From contig CP000071.1 of NCBI GenBank assembly GCA_000002445.1, positions 352,001-416,000 on the forward strand: a stretch of 64,000 bases of DNA. Reading direction: 5' to 3'. Below are positions 10,701 to 20,960 of this stretch, one piece after another. This stretch comes from Trypanosoma brucei. Its lineage: Eukaryota. Position numbers and translations under genes: made by a program. Positions within the stretch are counted from its first letter, which is position 1; every line of letters starts with the position of its first letter. The notes beneath the pieces are model-generated. The model searched no databases. It had not been told where the DNA came from and saw only the letters and a program-made list of their open reading frames with translations.

Positions 10701-12082
10701 TCCAGAGCCGAAAACTTCGTCACGCGACCCACAGCCTCAATTTCAGCCACCGTAGCGCCGTTCCGTGGAACCCCACCATGCACCACAATCACATCCTCAT
10801 CCACAAGAGTAGCCCACGCCATGACGTCGTAACTCGCCGAGAACAAGTCAAGGAGTTGTTTAGCCTCCCAGTAGGTGTACTTGCTAAACACTTCCGCTTG
10901 AAAACCATACTCAGCATTCACACGAGAGTCTTCGTGGTTGCCACGATTGATGAACACATAATCGGGAAAGAGACACTGTAAAAGTAAAACGTGCAGAAGC
11001 ACACCCACACCGTTGGAACCGCGGTCAACATAATCACCGTTGAAGACATAATACCTCCTAGGTGAAGGAAGGCCGCAGAGACGGTTTAGCACTAACGCAA
11101 GGTCCTTCAACTGTCCATGCAAATCTCCCACAACAACGGCGTCACCACCATCAGGAATATTCACGCGCAGCACAGCCGAGCGCTTGGACATAATGGCAAT
11201 GGCATTGGTCAATATTCGCACGGCTATCTTAAAGCACACAACTCCTCCTGAAAGGATCGACTCGCTGATGTCAACGTATTCTTCCATAGTTATGGAGTAA
11301 TCCGCCGGTTCGGCCGTGTTGGGAGAGGATGGCCGTTGCCTGGGGGAGTGAGACCGTGACCTTGTGGAGATGCAGCCACCGAGTTCGGGTGGTCCTCGGG
11401 AAACGCGGCGGAACTCAATGCCATTCCACACCTGCTTAAACGCTGTGTCCAGCATTCGCTCGTAGATGGAAGCACTGCGCCACATCCTTTGAAGGCGTGT
11501 CAGGGGGTTCCTATTTCGCTCAGGAAAATCCAACTTGATCCGCGAGAATTTTGAAAACGGTGCCAGAGGGGGCTCATCCCACAGTTTCTCATGATGTGAG
11601 GTTGCCGCACCCTCAGTTGAAGCATGTTTGTTGCCTTTACCAATGTTAGGGCTCGAACGAGCCCTGCTACTAATTTCATTGTTCATTCTGACCTTACTTG
11701 GGCAACACTCAATCAGGCGGGCGGGCACTCTCTCGCCGCAATACACGCACTGGTGCAACAGGCACTTCTGCTTATGTTGCCGATAGTCTGACTCCTTTAT
11801 GCGCAAACGACAGTTTGGGCACTGTACCAACTGAACATCAGTGGCGCATTTGAGTAAATGTGCCCCACGTTGGGACTGTGGGACAAAAGCCCGACACCAG
11901 TCGTTCTTGCAAGTTACAAAATTATCCTCTCCACCCCTGTACGCCTGGATTAAACCCAAAAGGTAAGAAAAGGGATCTGTCGGCCGGACTCGCGCAACTT
12001 CTTCAGTCCACTCCTCCATGAGCCAATTGAAACGAAAGCGGGCGAGATATTCTTCACCAGAGCCACTGAATTCATGGCTCAT
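7790..12082 (-). CDS. PPP-family serine/threonine protein phosphatase, giant (about 1431 aa), with N-terminal Cys/His cluster and long low-complexity C-terminal extension
   Basis: The track start at 12163 is GTG, and the first in-frame ATG is at 12082 (MSHEFSGSGEE...). The PPP catalytic motifs occur in order: GDLHGQ, GDYVDRG, GNHE, VHGG, and RG...H...SASNY. Upstream of the catalytic domain lies a Cys/His cluster, CPNCRLRIKESDYRQHKQKCLLHQCVYCGERVPARLIECCP. The C-terminus carries 3 SEQQSPL repeats. Confidence 0.75.
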   Translation of the reverse strand: MSHEFSGSGEEYLARFRFNWLMEEWTEEVARVRPTDPFSYLLGLIQAYRGGEDNFVTCKNDWCRAFVPQSQRGAHLLKCATDVQLVQCPNCRLRIKESDYRQHKQKCLLHQCVYCGERVPARLIECCPSKVRMNNEISSRARSSPNIGKGNKHASTEGAATSHHEKLWDEPPLAPFSKFSRIKLDFPERNRNPLTRLQRMWRSASIYERMLDTAFKQVWNGIEFRRVSRGPPELGGCISTRSRSHSPRQRPSSPNTAEPADYSITMEEYVDISESILSGGVVCFKIAVRILTNAIAIMSKRSAVLRVNIPDGGDAVVVGDLHGQLKDLALVLNRLCGLPSPRRYYVFNGDYVDRGSNGVGVLLHVLLLQCLFPDYVFINRGNHEDSRVNAEYGFQAEVFSKYTYWEAKQLLDLFSASYDVMAWATLVDEDVIVVHGGVPRNGATVAEIEAVGRVTKFSALEPRTDGERLASELLWNDPVDTYLSRRIGVRHQGANWRSSVRGVGVEYLEPITENFLRLNKLKLVVRSHQMVQAGFQFVHGRSNCTVFSASNYTGVSNNRGAIAVLEKGSVQPTFHTWFLRDAETVVRDVVMSDLLEGLTDFSRGVDAEESPVGQDGNGSGDTKAMGGVSSVKDGESPSHHESPRAKTVDSSRKAGPVHSPIELVRCVDDTRERMLARARMLDVLVGIIYSSRYSLLSSFVRADSGKNGTIHKVEWCDIMRKVLNMDIPWYFLAPYLVGSSYEEGSPYIRYVTFLRRFNPCFTSLFSARFQTALLRHVFRDVDMPGDLLSCITTDHFAEEQPITDDNGKFIGSGVTLSPSGLMLNLAERTGDGCRGIPNTMGGSSVLPSGGCCGGGNQRDDSWRKIRLSFNSLVSALRSISRAGGMMEDNTIFTLFQIFDKDACGHAAVGDIVDVVDSVGVEDSDESVVLDLTGSFDIDFFPQRGSDEKPAAGTTVLCDEPSGVSADAVIPMPSPVSKAGEYCDDWTPANSASSTALASYTPAHVEMAVDSDEESSTHSSSVLWSRQSVSATMSDLDCMRVYPVLLHLHERFACDTIRSTLQHFKALNNTHDGKLTFDQFAVTFNHIGRCMLDPPTRQEQQIIFCLIRDVGQHLLGSAECCSLSESLGVLSRALSRASSLRCQVALLKSVVNNIGVKNAQADYLTRDQFVTFFSTVSISHGEHSCHYDDHVAESGCKEWTTNFGESGSCNSGDTSKVGALKLCPLWCLDQCVPSEDTAAVATAVGSADAETRAERPSAVPPVQADGREDAFARREGRRRRRLPRTMLPRCAKQERLPISCVARSPHAAPSRFNSEQQSPLLRYRSEQQSPLPRIGSEQQSPLHRRALRSCRGHLNRDRARQRTGFSSPLSSDHTSGSVREGSPSPIPPQAPYGEMVPTSESLAANATGRSTCRDNFSLSSTLLGGDGDHSG
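8040..8165 (-). repeat. Short in-frame coding repeats (3 SEQQSPL units) near the phosphatase C-terminus
   Basis: The nucleotide motif gactgctgttcagaac recurs three times, and the protein reads FNSEQQSPLLRYRSEQQSPLPRIGSEQQSPLHRR. Confidence 0.8.
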
Positions 12083-13166
12083 CGCCCTCACCTCAGCAAT
12101 GTTTCGCTTCACCGCTGCTGTTAAATCGCTTCCTCTTTCCCTTTCAAAGTATCGCAACAACACCTCCGATACAAATTAGGAGGGACTGAGGTTCCCAGCA
12201 CGGTCAATTTACTTAAATCTTCCTTAATGCAAGTGTAAAAGGCGCCAATTTCACCTCTCTTAGGTCACTCGCGAAAAAATGGAGGAGAAACGTGCACACC
12301 ACCCTCCAGCTCCTTTTTGTTTCTACTCAACTAGCAGTTCCTTCACCGCCCTTAGCAACTTCCAATTGTCTCCAAAAGGCAGCACTAAAAGATGCCCTCC
12401 AGTGGTATCAATATTCTGTGTGCCGACGTCTCGTAACGTGAAGAGATATGTTTCCGTTTAGTCACCTTCACTTCAGTGCTTCACAAATGCCCTTTCTCCC
12501 CCTGCCCCACGGATCATACAAGACAAGAAAAGATAAAAAGAAGGCGCCACACTCACCAAGGGCGATGTCGAAGGTATCCCTTCAGATGTCCCTTATTTAT
12601 TTGTTAAAATTGCGCCCAGAAAGACGCGACGACAATGATGACAGCGGAATACTCAACCAAACGGAAAGATATGAGCCGTTTAACCTACAAGGACAGTCGA
12701 AAGAAATCACCACACCGCTACGAGTACTTTTAGAAAATTGTTGAGGCAAACAGGTGGGGGAAAATGAACAAGGAAACAAGTATGAAAAGATAAAAAGTAC
12801 ACGTAACGACACACAAGGAATGCGACAGCCACGCGGCGGTTATAAAAGGGAGCGAAACAACAAGAAATTCAGAGAGGCAAATAGTAGCACGGAAGCGATT
12901 CAACGAAAACGTGAAAAACAGAAAGGTAACAAGTGATGGGTGATAAACAAAAACGGAAGGTGATCCACAGTACACATGGATAAAATAGTGAGAAGCGAGA
13001 CAAACCAAGCACCGAAAAGGAATGCAACCGTTACTCGCGCATTTAAGTGACCTCACGAACTGTCAATACATTATGTACAGTTCTTCAAGGGGATACGAGG
13101 CGTCATCACCAATAATATATATATGTGTGTGTGTTTTTTTGGCACAAGAAATGCGAATATGTAGCT

Positions 13167-14222
13167 TTAGTGCCCACCACAGTGTCCGCAACACGGGCAG
13201 AAGTTAAGCACCTGATTCTCCCTCGATGTTGCCTCATCCCACTTAACATCCTCACCACTAATGAATCCCTTTAGTGGCACTAGCTCCAATCCCAGCCCAA
13301 TCCCCAGAGATGACGAAATGATCTGCACATCCTCCATCGGTTTCCCCTTCTGGTGATGATCTCCTACAAAAACAACTGGTGGCGCCGTCAACTGGGGGCC
13401 GGAGCCGCTTCCCACAGACGAGGTATCGCTGAGGCGCCTTAGCGTAGACACAAGCTCGGCAGCAGTTGAACCGACAAAGTGCACATCAACAGCGCACGAG
13501 GAGCCACTCTTCACAAAGTCACGTGCACAGAGAGTGAGATGTTCAGCTAAAAAGTCCAAACCCTCCTGCACGATGGGGTTCTTTTTCTCGCAGCCAACGA
13601 TACAATCATACGGCAACCGCACTACCACATGTTTTATTCGGTTAAACACCCCACGAAGCGAGGCATAGGCGGCCAGCCACGCCACCTCAACAGCAATCTT
13701 GGTGGCTGCTTCCTCCAGCAGAATGTACGAGACGTCTAACACAACCACCTCCCCAAAATTCACGTCCTTCGAGAGTCGGAACTGAATTAGTTCGGGTGGG
13801 AAGTAATGTGTAACAACAACTGGTGTCTGAGATGAGGTACGCGATGTTAGTTGAGTATATCCTGTCGAGCCCAGGTTTTGATCCGACTGCCTACCAGCGC
13901 TGAAACTGGAAGAAAAGAAGGTGGTGGTTACGTTTGCCTTCGGAGGAAAGATACACAAATCGTCATATACTATGTCGTACATGTTCCAGATCTCCCTCCA
14001 CACGGCACTGCACAACTGCGCGTTCACCTCCGCATTATTGTCAACATCAGGAACCTGAACACCCACATGGAAGTGAGAGAAAATCATAGGTTGGGTTTTA
14101 CCGCTCAGTGTGAAGTCCACCGCGGGTGGACGTGTGTTTGTAAGGCGAAAGCCCCGCAGATGAACCAGTAGCGCCTGCGAATTCTCTGGCGAGGCGCCAT
14201 TGCCGCGAACGCGAAGAAACAT
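13167..14222 (-). CDS. Hypothetical protein, 351 aa, with C-terminal Cys/His cluster CPCCGHCGGH
   Basis: A long ORF with a verified ATG at 14220-14222. Its amino-acid composition is not low-complexity and it shares orientation with the neighbouring genes. I recognise no family. Confidence 0.45.
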   Translation of the reverse strand: MFLRVRGNGASPENSQALLVHLRGFRLTNTRPPAVDFTLSGKTQPMIFSHFHVGVQVPDVDNNAEVNAQLCSAVWREIWNMYDIVYDDLCIFPPKANVTTTFFSSSFSAGRQSDQNLGSTGYTQLTSRTSSQTPVVVTHYFPPELIQFRLSKDVNFGEVVVLDVSYILLEEAATKIAVEVAWLAAYASLRGVFNRIKHVVVRLPYDCIVGCEKKNPIVQEGLDFLAEHLTLCARDFVKSGSSCAVDVHFVGSTAAELVSTLRRLSDTSSVGSGSGPQLTAPPVVFVGDHHQKGKPMEDVQIISSSLGIGLGLELVPLKGFISGEDVKWDEATSRENQVLNFCPCCGHCGGH

Positions 14223-14427
14223 TAATGCCCCTGTTCGTTGTCAACCTCTCTTTTTTTTTTTTCGCCCTCAGGTCTTTCTTGGTTTGTACAAATGTTCACC
14301 TTTCCATCCCCAATGAGCAAAAAAAAAAAAGGAAAAATAAAAGGAAAAAGAGTAAACAAAAGAAAAGGTAAGAGGTGTTAACTACAACACCGATAGGAAG
14401 CGTCACAACGGAGCAACGCTCAGAGAG

Positions 14428-14446
14428 AGAGAGAGAATCGAGCAAT
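14428..14446. repeat. (GA)n microsatellite
   Basis: Direct reading: agagagagagagagaa. Confidence 0.8.
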
Positions 14447-15459
14447 GAAGACAGCGGGTAACAACAGAAAAACGCAGAACAGTCCCTTATCATGAACTGA
14501 AAAAAGCAGAATGGAAAGAAATGAACGAATAGGGGAAACAAACGGAATATAGAACATAACCCATACCTTCCTCCCTTCCACTTTTGGAAACAACTATCGC
14601 ACCACACTTCAACCCCGTGTCCCCCTTCTCTAACATTTCTTATTGATACTACCGCTCCTTTTTCCTGTAATTTACTCCCTTCCAATCTAATTTAACTTTA
14701 GTACCCTTCTCTCCACTCCTCATGTCTTATCACTCATCCACCAACGCCAGGAATTTGGTAGGGAGGGGGGATCAAAAAAAAAAAAATGTTATTTCCCCCT
14801 TTTTTAAAGAAAATTAAAAAAAAGGGGGCGAAAACCTTCCCCACATACGTCCACGTCCCATCCCGGTTCCCAATTCTAAAACCTTCCACTCCAAAGCAAA
14901 TATATGCACTGTTTACCCGAGAGAAAATGCTCGGGACGGTGAAGATGTTTTACCTCCTTTGTTGTGTCGCGTGAGTGACAGGATGGCGGGAGTACATGCC
15001 CGTCTTTGCATGAGTGGAGTATGAACCGCTAACACTTAAACACACACACACACACAATTCGGTAATCACCAAAATATAAAAAATAAAAAAACAAGAAAGG
15101 ATCTAGAAAGAGAAGTGTATAAAAAAAAAAAAGCATGCCCGTAAATGCACCCCCGTGACGAAGGACCATCCCCACAGACACATCTGTCACTGCCGGACAA
15201 TCCGCGCCGTCACGCCACCGAGTTGAAAGCAACGATAAACAGTTAAAATGGAAGAAGGGCGGGGTGTAAAAGAAGGCACACAAAATGTACGCTCCCTCCA
15301 ATCTAAGTTTGAAAAAAGGGGGGGAAGGAGGGAGGGAGCGGTGAAAAAAAATAATAATGTGTGGTCATCTCATCTCTAAGTGCCGTGTCCCCAAGAAAAT
15401 GTAGCATGTAGACAAAACAGTAGCTGCCGTTCGATAATCTGAAATGCCGGCGAGAAGGT

Positions 15460-16488
15460 TCAGATGTTCGTGGAGTCTCGAAGCAACTCATGCTTCCTCC
15501 CCGCCACCCTTTTGGTATCTGCGTACGAAAACGCCCTCTGAGAGGCTGCGCCCCGGATTTTGACAATGTTCTCTGAGTCCCCACTTACTAAGGACTGTGA
15601 TGTCGCCCGCGATACGGGAGCGGAATGGAAATGTTGTGACACACCCTGTCCTGTGGATCCGCTGCCATTGGTGCTACGGCGGCGGTTGGCCACAGTGTTT
15701 CTACCGGTCTCTAATTCATTGGAAAAGCGATTCCCCCCTGTGGAGTTGTTGTTCTTAAAACACGAACGGATCTGCCGCGTCGGGAGACACGATGACTTGT
15801 TAATGGCGATAAACTGTTGCTCCTTCCGGTTTGCTTCCAACGGTTCGAAAGCCTGTGTGTGGACCGCCGCTACGGTTGGGCGTTGCGAAGGGGGTTGTGG
15901 CGTCCCCCGACGGCTCCTTAGGAGACCCTGCGATTCCTGTTGTAAATCCTCCCGGCGCGCAATCCGTTCCTGCTCCAACTTCTTCGTCATCTCTGCCAGC
16001 TCCGTTTCTAGCGTTTCTACCTCCTTCCGGCGCTCCTTTCTCGCCTGCTTCAGAGTAGTGTTATGAGTTGAAACGGAAGCAATGAGTTGCCGCTCACGGT
16101 CTGCCCACGTAGTGTTCTCTTCTTCTAACACAGCCTCAAAGTCCGTCCGGTCTTGTAGTCGTTTATCTCCCTCTTTGATGAAAGTTACCGTGTCGCTCAT
16201 TTTCACGTACCGTTTAACAGCCTCGTCGTGTTCTTTCTTTAGCCACTCTCTGCGCGACCGAACTTCTTCAAACTCTCGTACAGACCTATTGATTTTTGCC
16301 TCCTGCTCCTCCACGATACCGAGCAGTTCCGCCCTTTCCTTTTCCACTCTCTTGAGGTCATCATCGATTGTTTTCCTAAGTTCAATTCGGTGCTTCCTGG
16401 CGGTTTCAAGGTCGCGCTTGATCAACTCTCTCGTCTCCTCCAACTTGCCAGCGCAACTCGAAAAGGACCGCGTAAGAACCGAGGACAT
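15460..16488 (-). CDS. Coiled-coil protein (E/K/R-rich, heptad-like), hypothetical
   Basis: The track start at 16518 is TTG, and the first ATG is at 16488 (MSSVLTRSFSS...). The central 200 aa are a strongly charged alpha-helical, coiled-coil-like sequence (KLEETRELIKRDLETARKHRIELRK...). Confidence 0.5.
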   Translation of the reverse strand: MSSVLTRSFSSCAGKLEETRELIKRDLETARKHRIELRKTIDDDLKRVEKERAELLGIVEEQEAKINRSVREFEEVRSRREWLKKEHDEAVKRYVKMSDTVTFIKEGDKRLQDRTDFEAVLEEENTTWADRERQLIASVSTHNTTLKQARKERRKEVETLETELAEMTKKLEQERIARREDLQQESQGLLRSRRGTPQPPSQRPTVAAVHTQAFEPLEANRKEQQFIAINKSSCLPTRQIRSCFKNNNSTGGNRFSNELETGRNTVANRRRSTNGSGSTGQGVSQHFHSAPVSRATSQSLVSGDSENIVKIRGAASQRAFSYADTKRVAGRKHELLRDSTNI

Positions 16489-17464
16489 AATATAGAAGTA
16501 AAACACGTAGGTCACCAACGTAACGAAGGAACAGTGCCCGGCCCTGCTCCTGTGGCACCCCGTATATTTAAGCGAAAAAAATCTTGCTCTTCCACCTGCT
16601 TACTTTGTCAGTGGAAACGCTACAACCTAATTTAAGAAGAAGGAGTTGTTGTTGGGACGAATAAAAGTAGCAGGTTTAGAGAAAATTGGTAGCATACGCA
16701 CTGTCTCTAACCATATCTCTCTTAATGGTCTGAAGCGACCGTGTATACACCGCCGAACCGCTGACCCCTACACACGTGCGCCAATGTTGTCCTCACATGC
16801 TTTCATGCATGAAGGTCGCGGCGATGGTGAGGGAAGGAAAAGAAAGGAAAGGATTGAGTTAAAAGATGTGTCCCGCAACCGTCTAAATGCCACAAGAAAA
16901 CCCCACGGCGGAAAATGTAGGAAAAGGCAACCCTTCCTTTCAGTGCGGGTCAACGGCACATGAGAAGTCGACAAAAGTGATACAAAGAATGGTGTTTCCC
17001 AAGAATGCAAAGGCACAACAAAAGTATTTTTAATACTAGCAAGGAACAAGGGTAACAGTAAAGGAACATGTCGCAGGTTCACAGGGTCCATGATCACTAA
17101 AGTCCACAATCAACAACAGAACGAGAGTTGTAGGAAAACAAAAATTGGTCAAAAGTTTTACTCACATTATCATTATAGCATGCAGAGTCCCCAAAGGGTA
17201 AAGGAAACAGAAAAACTATATGAACCAATACTCACCCCGCACCTACCCACTGCATAACACTTACATCAAATACCAAAGTGCTCACACATTTACGTAAGTG
17301 CAAATTCCCTTCTTTCATGCCTCCGTGCAACCGAAAAAAAAAACCTCCATCACACGCAGGTTTCGTTTGCAACCACGTATATGAATTATCAACCCCCCCC
17401 TCCCCTCCGCATCCCTACACTCCCTCCTCACTCTCTTCTCTTCTCTTCTCAAACATTTCCTACA

Positions 17465-20400
17465 TCATCTAATACGTTCCTCGCACCAAGCGCTCATACG
17501 TCTCCATCCTCGCTCCCGAGGATGACTATGCCTCGACCACCAAAACTGGCTAACGCCCCGCATTGTTACATGTTCTCTCACCCTCTGCCATTGTGCCCTC
17601 GCCACCAGGCGCTGTCCAAAACGCATATAACTTCCCACATTATTCGAAGCAGAAGAATGATGCTCAACATCCTCAGCTAACTTCACGGCAATGCGACGCG
17701 CCCCCGGTTCCATGTCCTCCAGTTCAGCACCCTTTTCAAATGAGGGTTCCGACACCGGAATCAGGCGGGAAACAGAAACAAATACAAGTGTCAGCGATGC
17801 AATCAGAATCGATGCAATCCACTGTTCTGCTCTCAACGGTACACACGACATAAACTCTTTTAAGACCTCCACGGCCAAAACCTGAAAACCCACACAACAA
17901 ACCACGATAACCAAAAATGACTTTGAACGAATAAAAAGCCCTTCAAATACATTAACTTCATCATACACTTTGCGGGCATTAAACATATTAAATATGGTAA
18001 AGAAAATAAAAACGTTAAAAACAACAGTTGGAAGTTCCTTCCCCTTCGCCTTTAACCACTTACCACCATATTGGGTTAATAAAAGAACGCTAACAACCTG
18101 AACTACAGTAGCAGTCAGTATTGTCAACCACATTCGACGTGAGACAAGGGGAGCTCGGGGGGAAGACGGACCACGATTTAAGCAATCCTCTGTCGGTTGC
18201 TCCGTTGCGAGAGCGAGGGCCGCAAGTGTGTCCATAAGAAGATTTACCCATAACAGCTGTACAGTCGTTAACGGTGACATATCATGAGCAGACAAAAAAG
18301 AACCAACAAAAACAACAACAATAGAAGCAATATTAATAGAAAGTTGTAACTGCAGGAACTTGCGGATGTTGTCATTCACAGTCCGTCCCCAAACAACGGC
18401 ACGCTGGACAGAACGGAAGTTGTCGTCTAAAAGCACAATATCACCGGACTTCACCGCTATATCCGTGCCACTGCGCATCACAAAACCCACATTTGCAAGA
18501 CGCAGCGCAGGGGCGTCATTTGTCCCATCACCAGTCACAGCAACGACCTCACCACGGAGCATCAGCATCAGTACGAGCAGTTGCTTGTCCAGAGGCTGCG
18601 AACGCCCCATCACCATCATCCGGTCAAGAACAGGCCAGAACTTCTCCATGTTCGCCTCGTCACCATAAGTGTCATACACAAGGTTGCGGAAGTCCTTCCC
18701 AGTGAGCGCAAGATCACCACGCAGTCGATTGTAAATTCCACATTGCCGAGAAATTGCAACGGCTGTGTCGAGATTGTCACCCGTACACATCCTCACTGTC
18801 ACTCCCGCACGCTGGCACATTCGCACAGCATCCACAACCTCTGGACGAAGCGGGTCCTGGATGCCTAATAGTGCAAGCCACACAAATGGTCCCTCGGGTT
18901 CCTCCTCGGGAACCGCACCGTCCGTACCGATACGCCCGTATGCCACGCCGATTGTGCGATTTGCGTCCCCCGCTATTGACCGTATCTGCGCAGTGATCAT
19001 CTCAGTTACCTCCTCCGTCAGCGGCTCCTCACGACCCTCTGACGACAAGTATCGGTTGCACATGCCAAGCACACGATCAGAGCCCCCTTTCACGTACTGC
19101 ATCACAACTCCATCCGCACCTGCAACCACAGCAGTCATAAACTTCCGTTCGCTCGTAAAAGGAAAGATGGCAAAGCCACGGCTGCGGTTTGTCATGCGTA
19201 ACTTCTGGTGTGGAAGCTCCTTGTCATTACAACTACCCGGTACCGATATCAACACGCGATCCACAAAATCCAATATCGCTTGGTCAGTTTTGTTGCCCTT
19301 GTCGGTACGCCACGTCCATCGAGACAGTAAGTCAGACTCAGCTCCCACATTACCTGGTAAAAGCTCCTTCTCACTCGAACTATTCAGTGCAAGACCAAGC
19401 ATTAGTAACGACTGTGCATCACTAGACACACCCTCCAGATTAACCGTGGACGAGGGATCTCCGGGATTCGAGACACGGAACCGCCGCATCCCAATGTAAC
19501 CTTGTACCACAGTCATACGATTCTGAGTCAGCGTCCCAGTTTTATCACTACAAATCTGTGTTGCATTGCCCATTGTCTCACAAGCACACAAACGCCTCAC
19601 CTGATTATTGTCCTTCTGCATCTGGCTCTGTGAGTACGCAAGAGCAATCGTCACCGCCAACGGCAAGCCCTCTGGCACTGCGACGACAACAATCGTCACA
19701 CAAAGTAAAAAAATATCAAGAAACTTTTTTGCGCGTAACTCTTCTTTACCACGAAGAACGAGAAGGATGTAAAACAAAGAAAGCAGAGACATAAGTATCA
19801 CTGCCGCTCCAATTCCTATCCGACCAATAAACCCAGCTAATTCGTCCAATCGCTCCTGCAAGGGAGTCGCCCTCGGTTCACCGTCGAGACGAGATTCCAT
19901 TAGCAGCTTTCCACCAAAAGAAGACTCACCGACGGCGCACGCAAGAATGTAAGCATCCTCAGCCGTACTCACAACAGTCCCAGAAAGTAAGATTGGATGT
20001 TCGGCGCCTTTCTTTTTCAGATCATTCTCGCCAGTCACACTCGACTCATCAACAACAACACTCAAACCACGTACGTATAAACCATCTACAGGGATAACAA
20101 GACCCGGTGACAAGGACACAAGATCACCCACAACAATTTCTGTCACATCCACCGTAACCTTGTGACCATCACGAATGACGGAGATTGGCTGAGCAGAGTT
20201 CTCCTCCACAAGAGCACGGAATTTCAACTCCTTGCGGTAATCCTGAATAGACGATGCTGAGGTTACTGCAATCACGGCCATAAGAATGGCGGTGCCCTCT
20301 ATCCAACCTGTCTTATAGTCAACCTTCTCGTGTCCGGGTTCCGGCACAGTTAACCCGAGGATAAGCGACACACATGCGGCAAGGGTCAAAAGTATGATCA

Positions 20401-20773
20401 TGCGGTCACTCCATGCAGCTTTAAAAATCTTCCAGAATGTCAGCGGAGCCTCCTCAGGAAGCTCATTCCTCCCATACACAGCACGCCGATTCTCTACAGA
20501 AAAAGAGTCGATGCCATCTGTTATACTCGTGCCAAGTCGTTCGGCAATACCCTCAACGCCGCCAAGTTCCTCGTATAGGGGCTTAGCGTCACCGACGCAA
20601 CTGAACAAGGTGTGAAGCTCTCCCTTAATCCCTATGCCGATACGATCTTCGAGCTCCACCTCCACTGCAACGGACCCATCACTTCTGGTAAGGCCAGTGG
20701 ATAAAAACGCTTGCCTCTCTCGACCGCGGCCGGCAAGTGTACCGTAGTTCGAAGTGTCTTTTGGGGAAATCAT
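17465..20773 (-). CDS. Plasma-membrane-type (PMCA-like) Ca2+-transporting P-type ATPase, paralogue A, which has the private C-terminal half
   Basis: P-type ATPase motifs are present: the phosphorylation site ICSDKTGTLTQN, the TGES-region SVTGEN, the hinge VAVTGDGTNDAPAL, and the TM4 motif VPEGLPLAVT. The track start is GTG at 20776, and the ATG is at 20773 (MISPKD...). The last 320 aa, the two patches shown in Finding 1 and the 3' flank all differ from copies B and C. Confidence 0.9.
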   Translation of the reverse strand: MISPKDTSNYGTLAGRGRERQAFLSTGLTRSDGSVAVEVELEDRIGIGIKGELHTLFSCVGDAKPLYEELGGVEGIAERLGTSITDGIDSFSVENRRAVYGRNELPEEAPLTFWKIFKAAWSDRMIILLTLAACVSLILGLTVPEPGHEKVDYKTGWIEGTAILMAVIAVTSASSIQDYRKELKFRALVEENSAQPISVIRDGHKVTVDVTEIVVGDLVSLSPGLVIPVDGLYVRGLSVVVDESSVTGENDLKKKGAEHPILLSGTVVSTAEDAYILACAVGESSFGGKLLMESRLDGEPRATPLQERLDELAGFIGRIGIGAAVILMSLLSLFYILLVLRGKEELRAKKFLDIFLLCVTIVVVAVPEGLPLAVTIALAYSQSQMQKDNNQVRRLCACETMGNATQICSDKTGTLTQNRMTVVQGYIGMRRFRVSNPGDPSSTVNLEGVSSDAQSLLMLGLALNSSSEKELLPGNVGAESDLLSRWTWRTDKGNKTDQAILDFVDRVLISVPGSCNDKELPHQKLRMTNRSRGFAIFPFTSERKFMTAVVAGADGVVMQYVKGGSDRVLGMCNRYLSSEGREEPLTEEVTEMITAQIRSIAGDANRTIGVAYGRIGTDGAVPEEEPEGPFVWLALLGIQDPLRPEVVDAVRMCQRAGVTVRMCTGDNLDTAVAISRQCGIYNRLRGDLALTGKDFRNLVYDTYGDEANMEKFWPVLDRMMVMGRSQPLDKQLLVLMLMLRGEVVAVTGDGTNDAPALRLANVGFVMRSGTDIAVKSGDIVLLDDNFRSVQRAVVWGRTVNDNIRKFLQLQLSINIASIVVVFVGSFLSAHDMSPLTTVQLLWVNLLMDTLAALALATEQPTEDCLNRGPSSPRAPLVSRRMWLTILTATVVQVVSVLLLTQYGGKWLKAKGKELPTVVFNVFIFFTIFNMFNARKVYDEVNVFEGLFIRSKSFLVIVVCCVGFQVLAVEVLKEFMSCVPLRAEQWIASILIASLTLVFVSVSRLIPVSEPSFEKGAELEDMEPGARRIAVKLAEDVEHHSSASNNVGSYMRFGQRLVARAQWQRVREHVTMRGVSQFWWSRHSHPRERGWRRMSAWCEERIR

Positions 20774-20960
20774 CACTCCCTCAAAACTTTCCCTCCCACT
20801 CGGTCACACTTCGCGCAACCAAACGTTACTTTATCCTGTACTCGCTTTGGGCCACTCAACAACAATCCAGAAATATCACCTACCTGTATCGCAAATGACA
20901 CCTAACGTTATTCTCATTATTTTTCAAAATTGCATTTGATATAATTGTTACAAGTCAATG

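Noticed and set aside
12082-12163. Track start codons at 12163, 16518, 5540, 45031, 20776 and 26905
   Set aside because: Checked against the sequence, these are GTG or TTG codons that the track translates as M. Kinetoplastid nuclear genes initiate at ATG, so the starts were moved to the first in-frame ATG.
12730-13056. 108-aa minus-strand ORF and neighbouring 60 to 98 aa ORFs between the phosphatase and the 351-aa gene
   Set aside because: They are extremely hydrophobic low-complexity translations of T-rich spacer, with no ATG context or conservation signal.
13167-14222. Possible arginase or metallophosphoesterase assignment for the 351-aa protein (VFVGDHHQ)
   Set aside because: The GDHH-like string is not accompanied by the other ordered motifs of either family, so no family call is made.
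15838-15852. The tRNA T-arm-like string ggttcgaaagc
   Set aside because: It lies inside the coiled-coil CDS. There is no acceptor-stem or anticodon-arm pairing nearby, and no A/B-box spacing.
18765-19499. Plus-strand 244-aa ORF, repeated at 24894..25628 and 31028..31762
   Set aside because: It lies entirely antisense within the three Ca2+-ATPase CDSs and is repeated only because the ATPase is. It is a shadow ORF with a Ser/Pro/Thr-rich composition.
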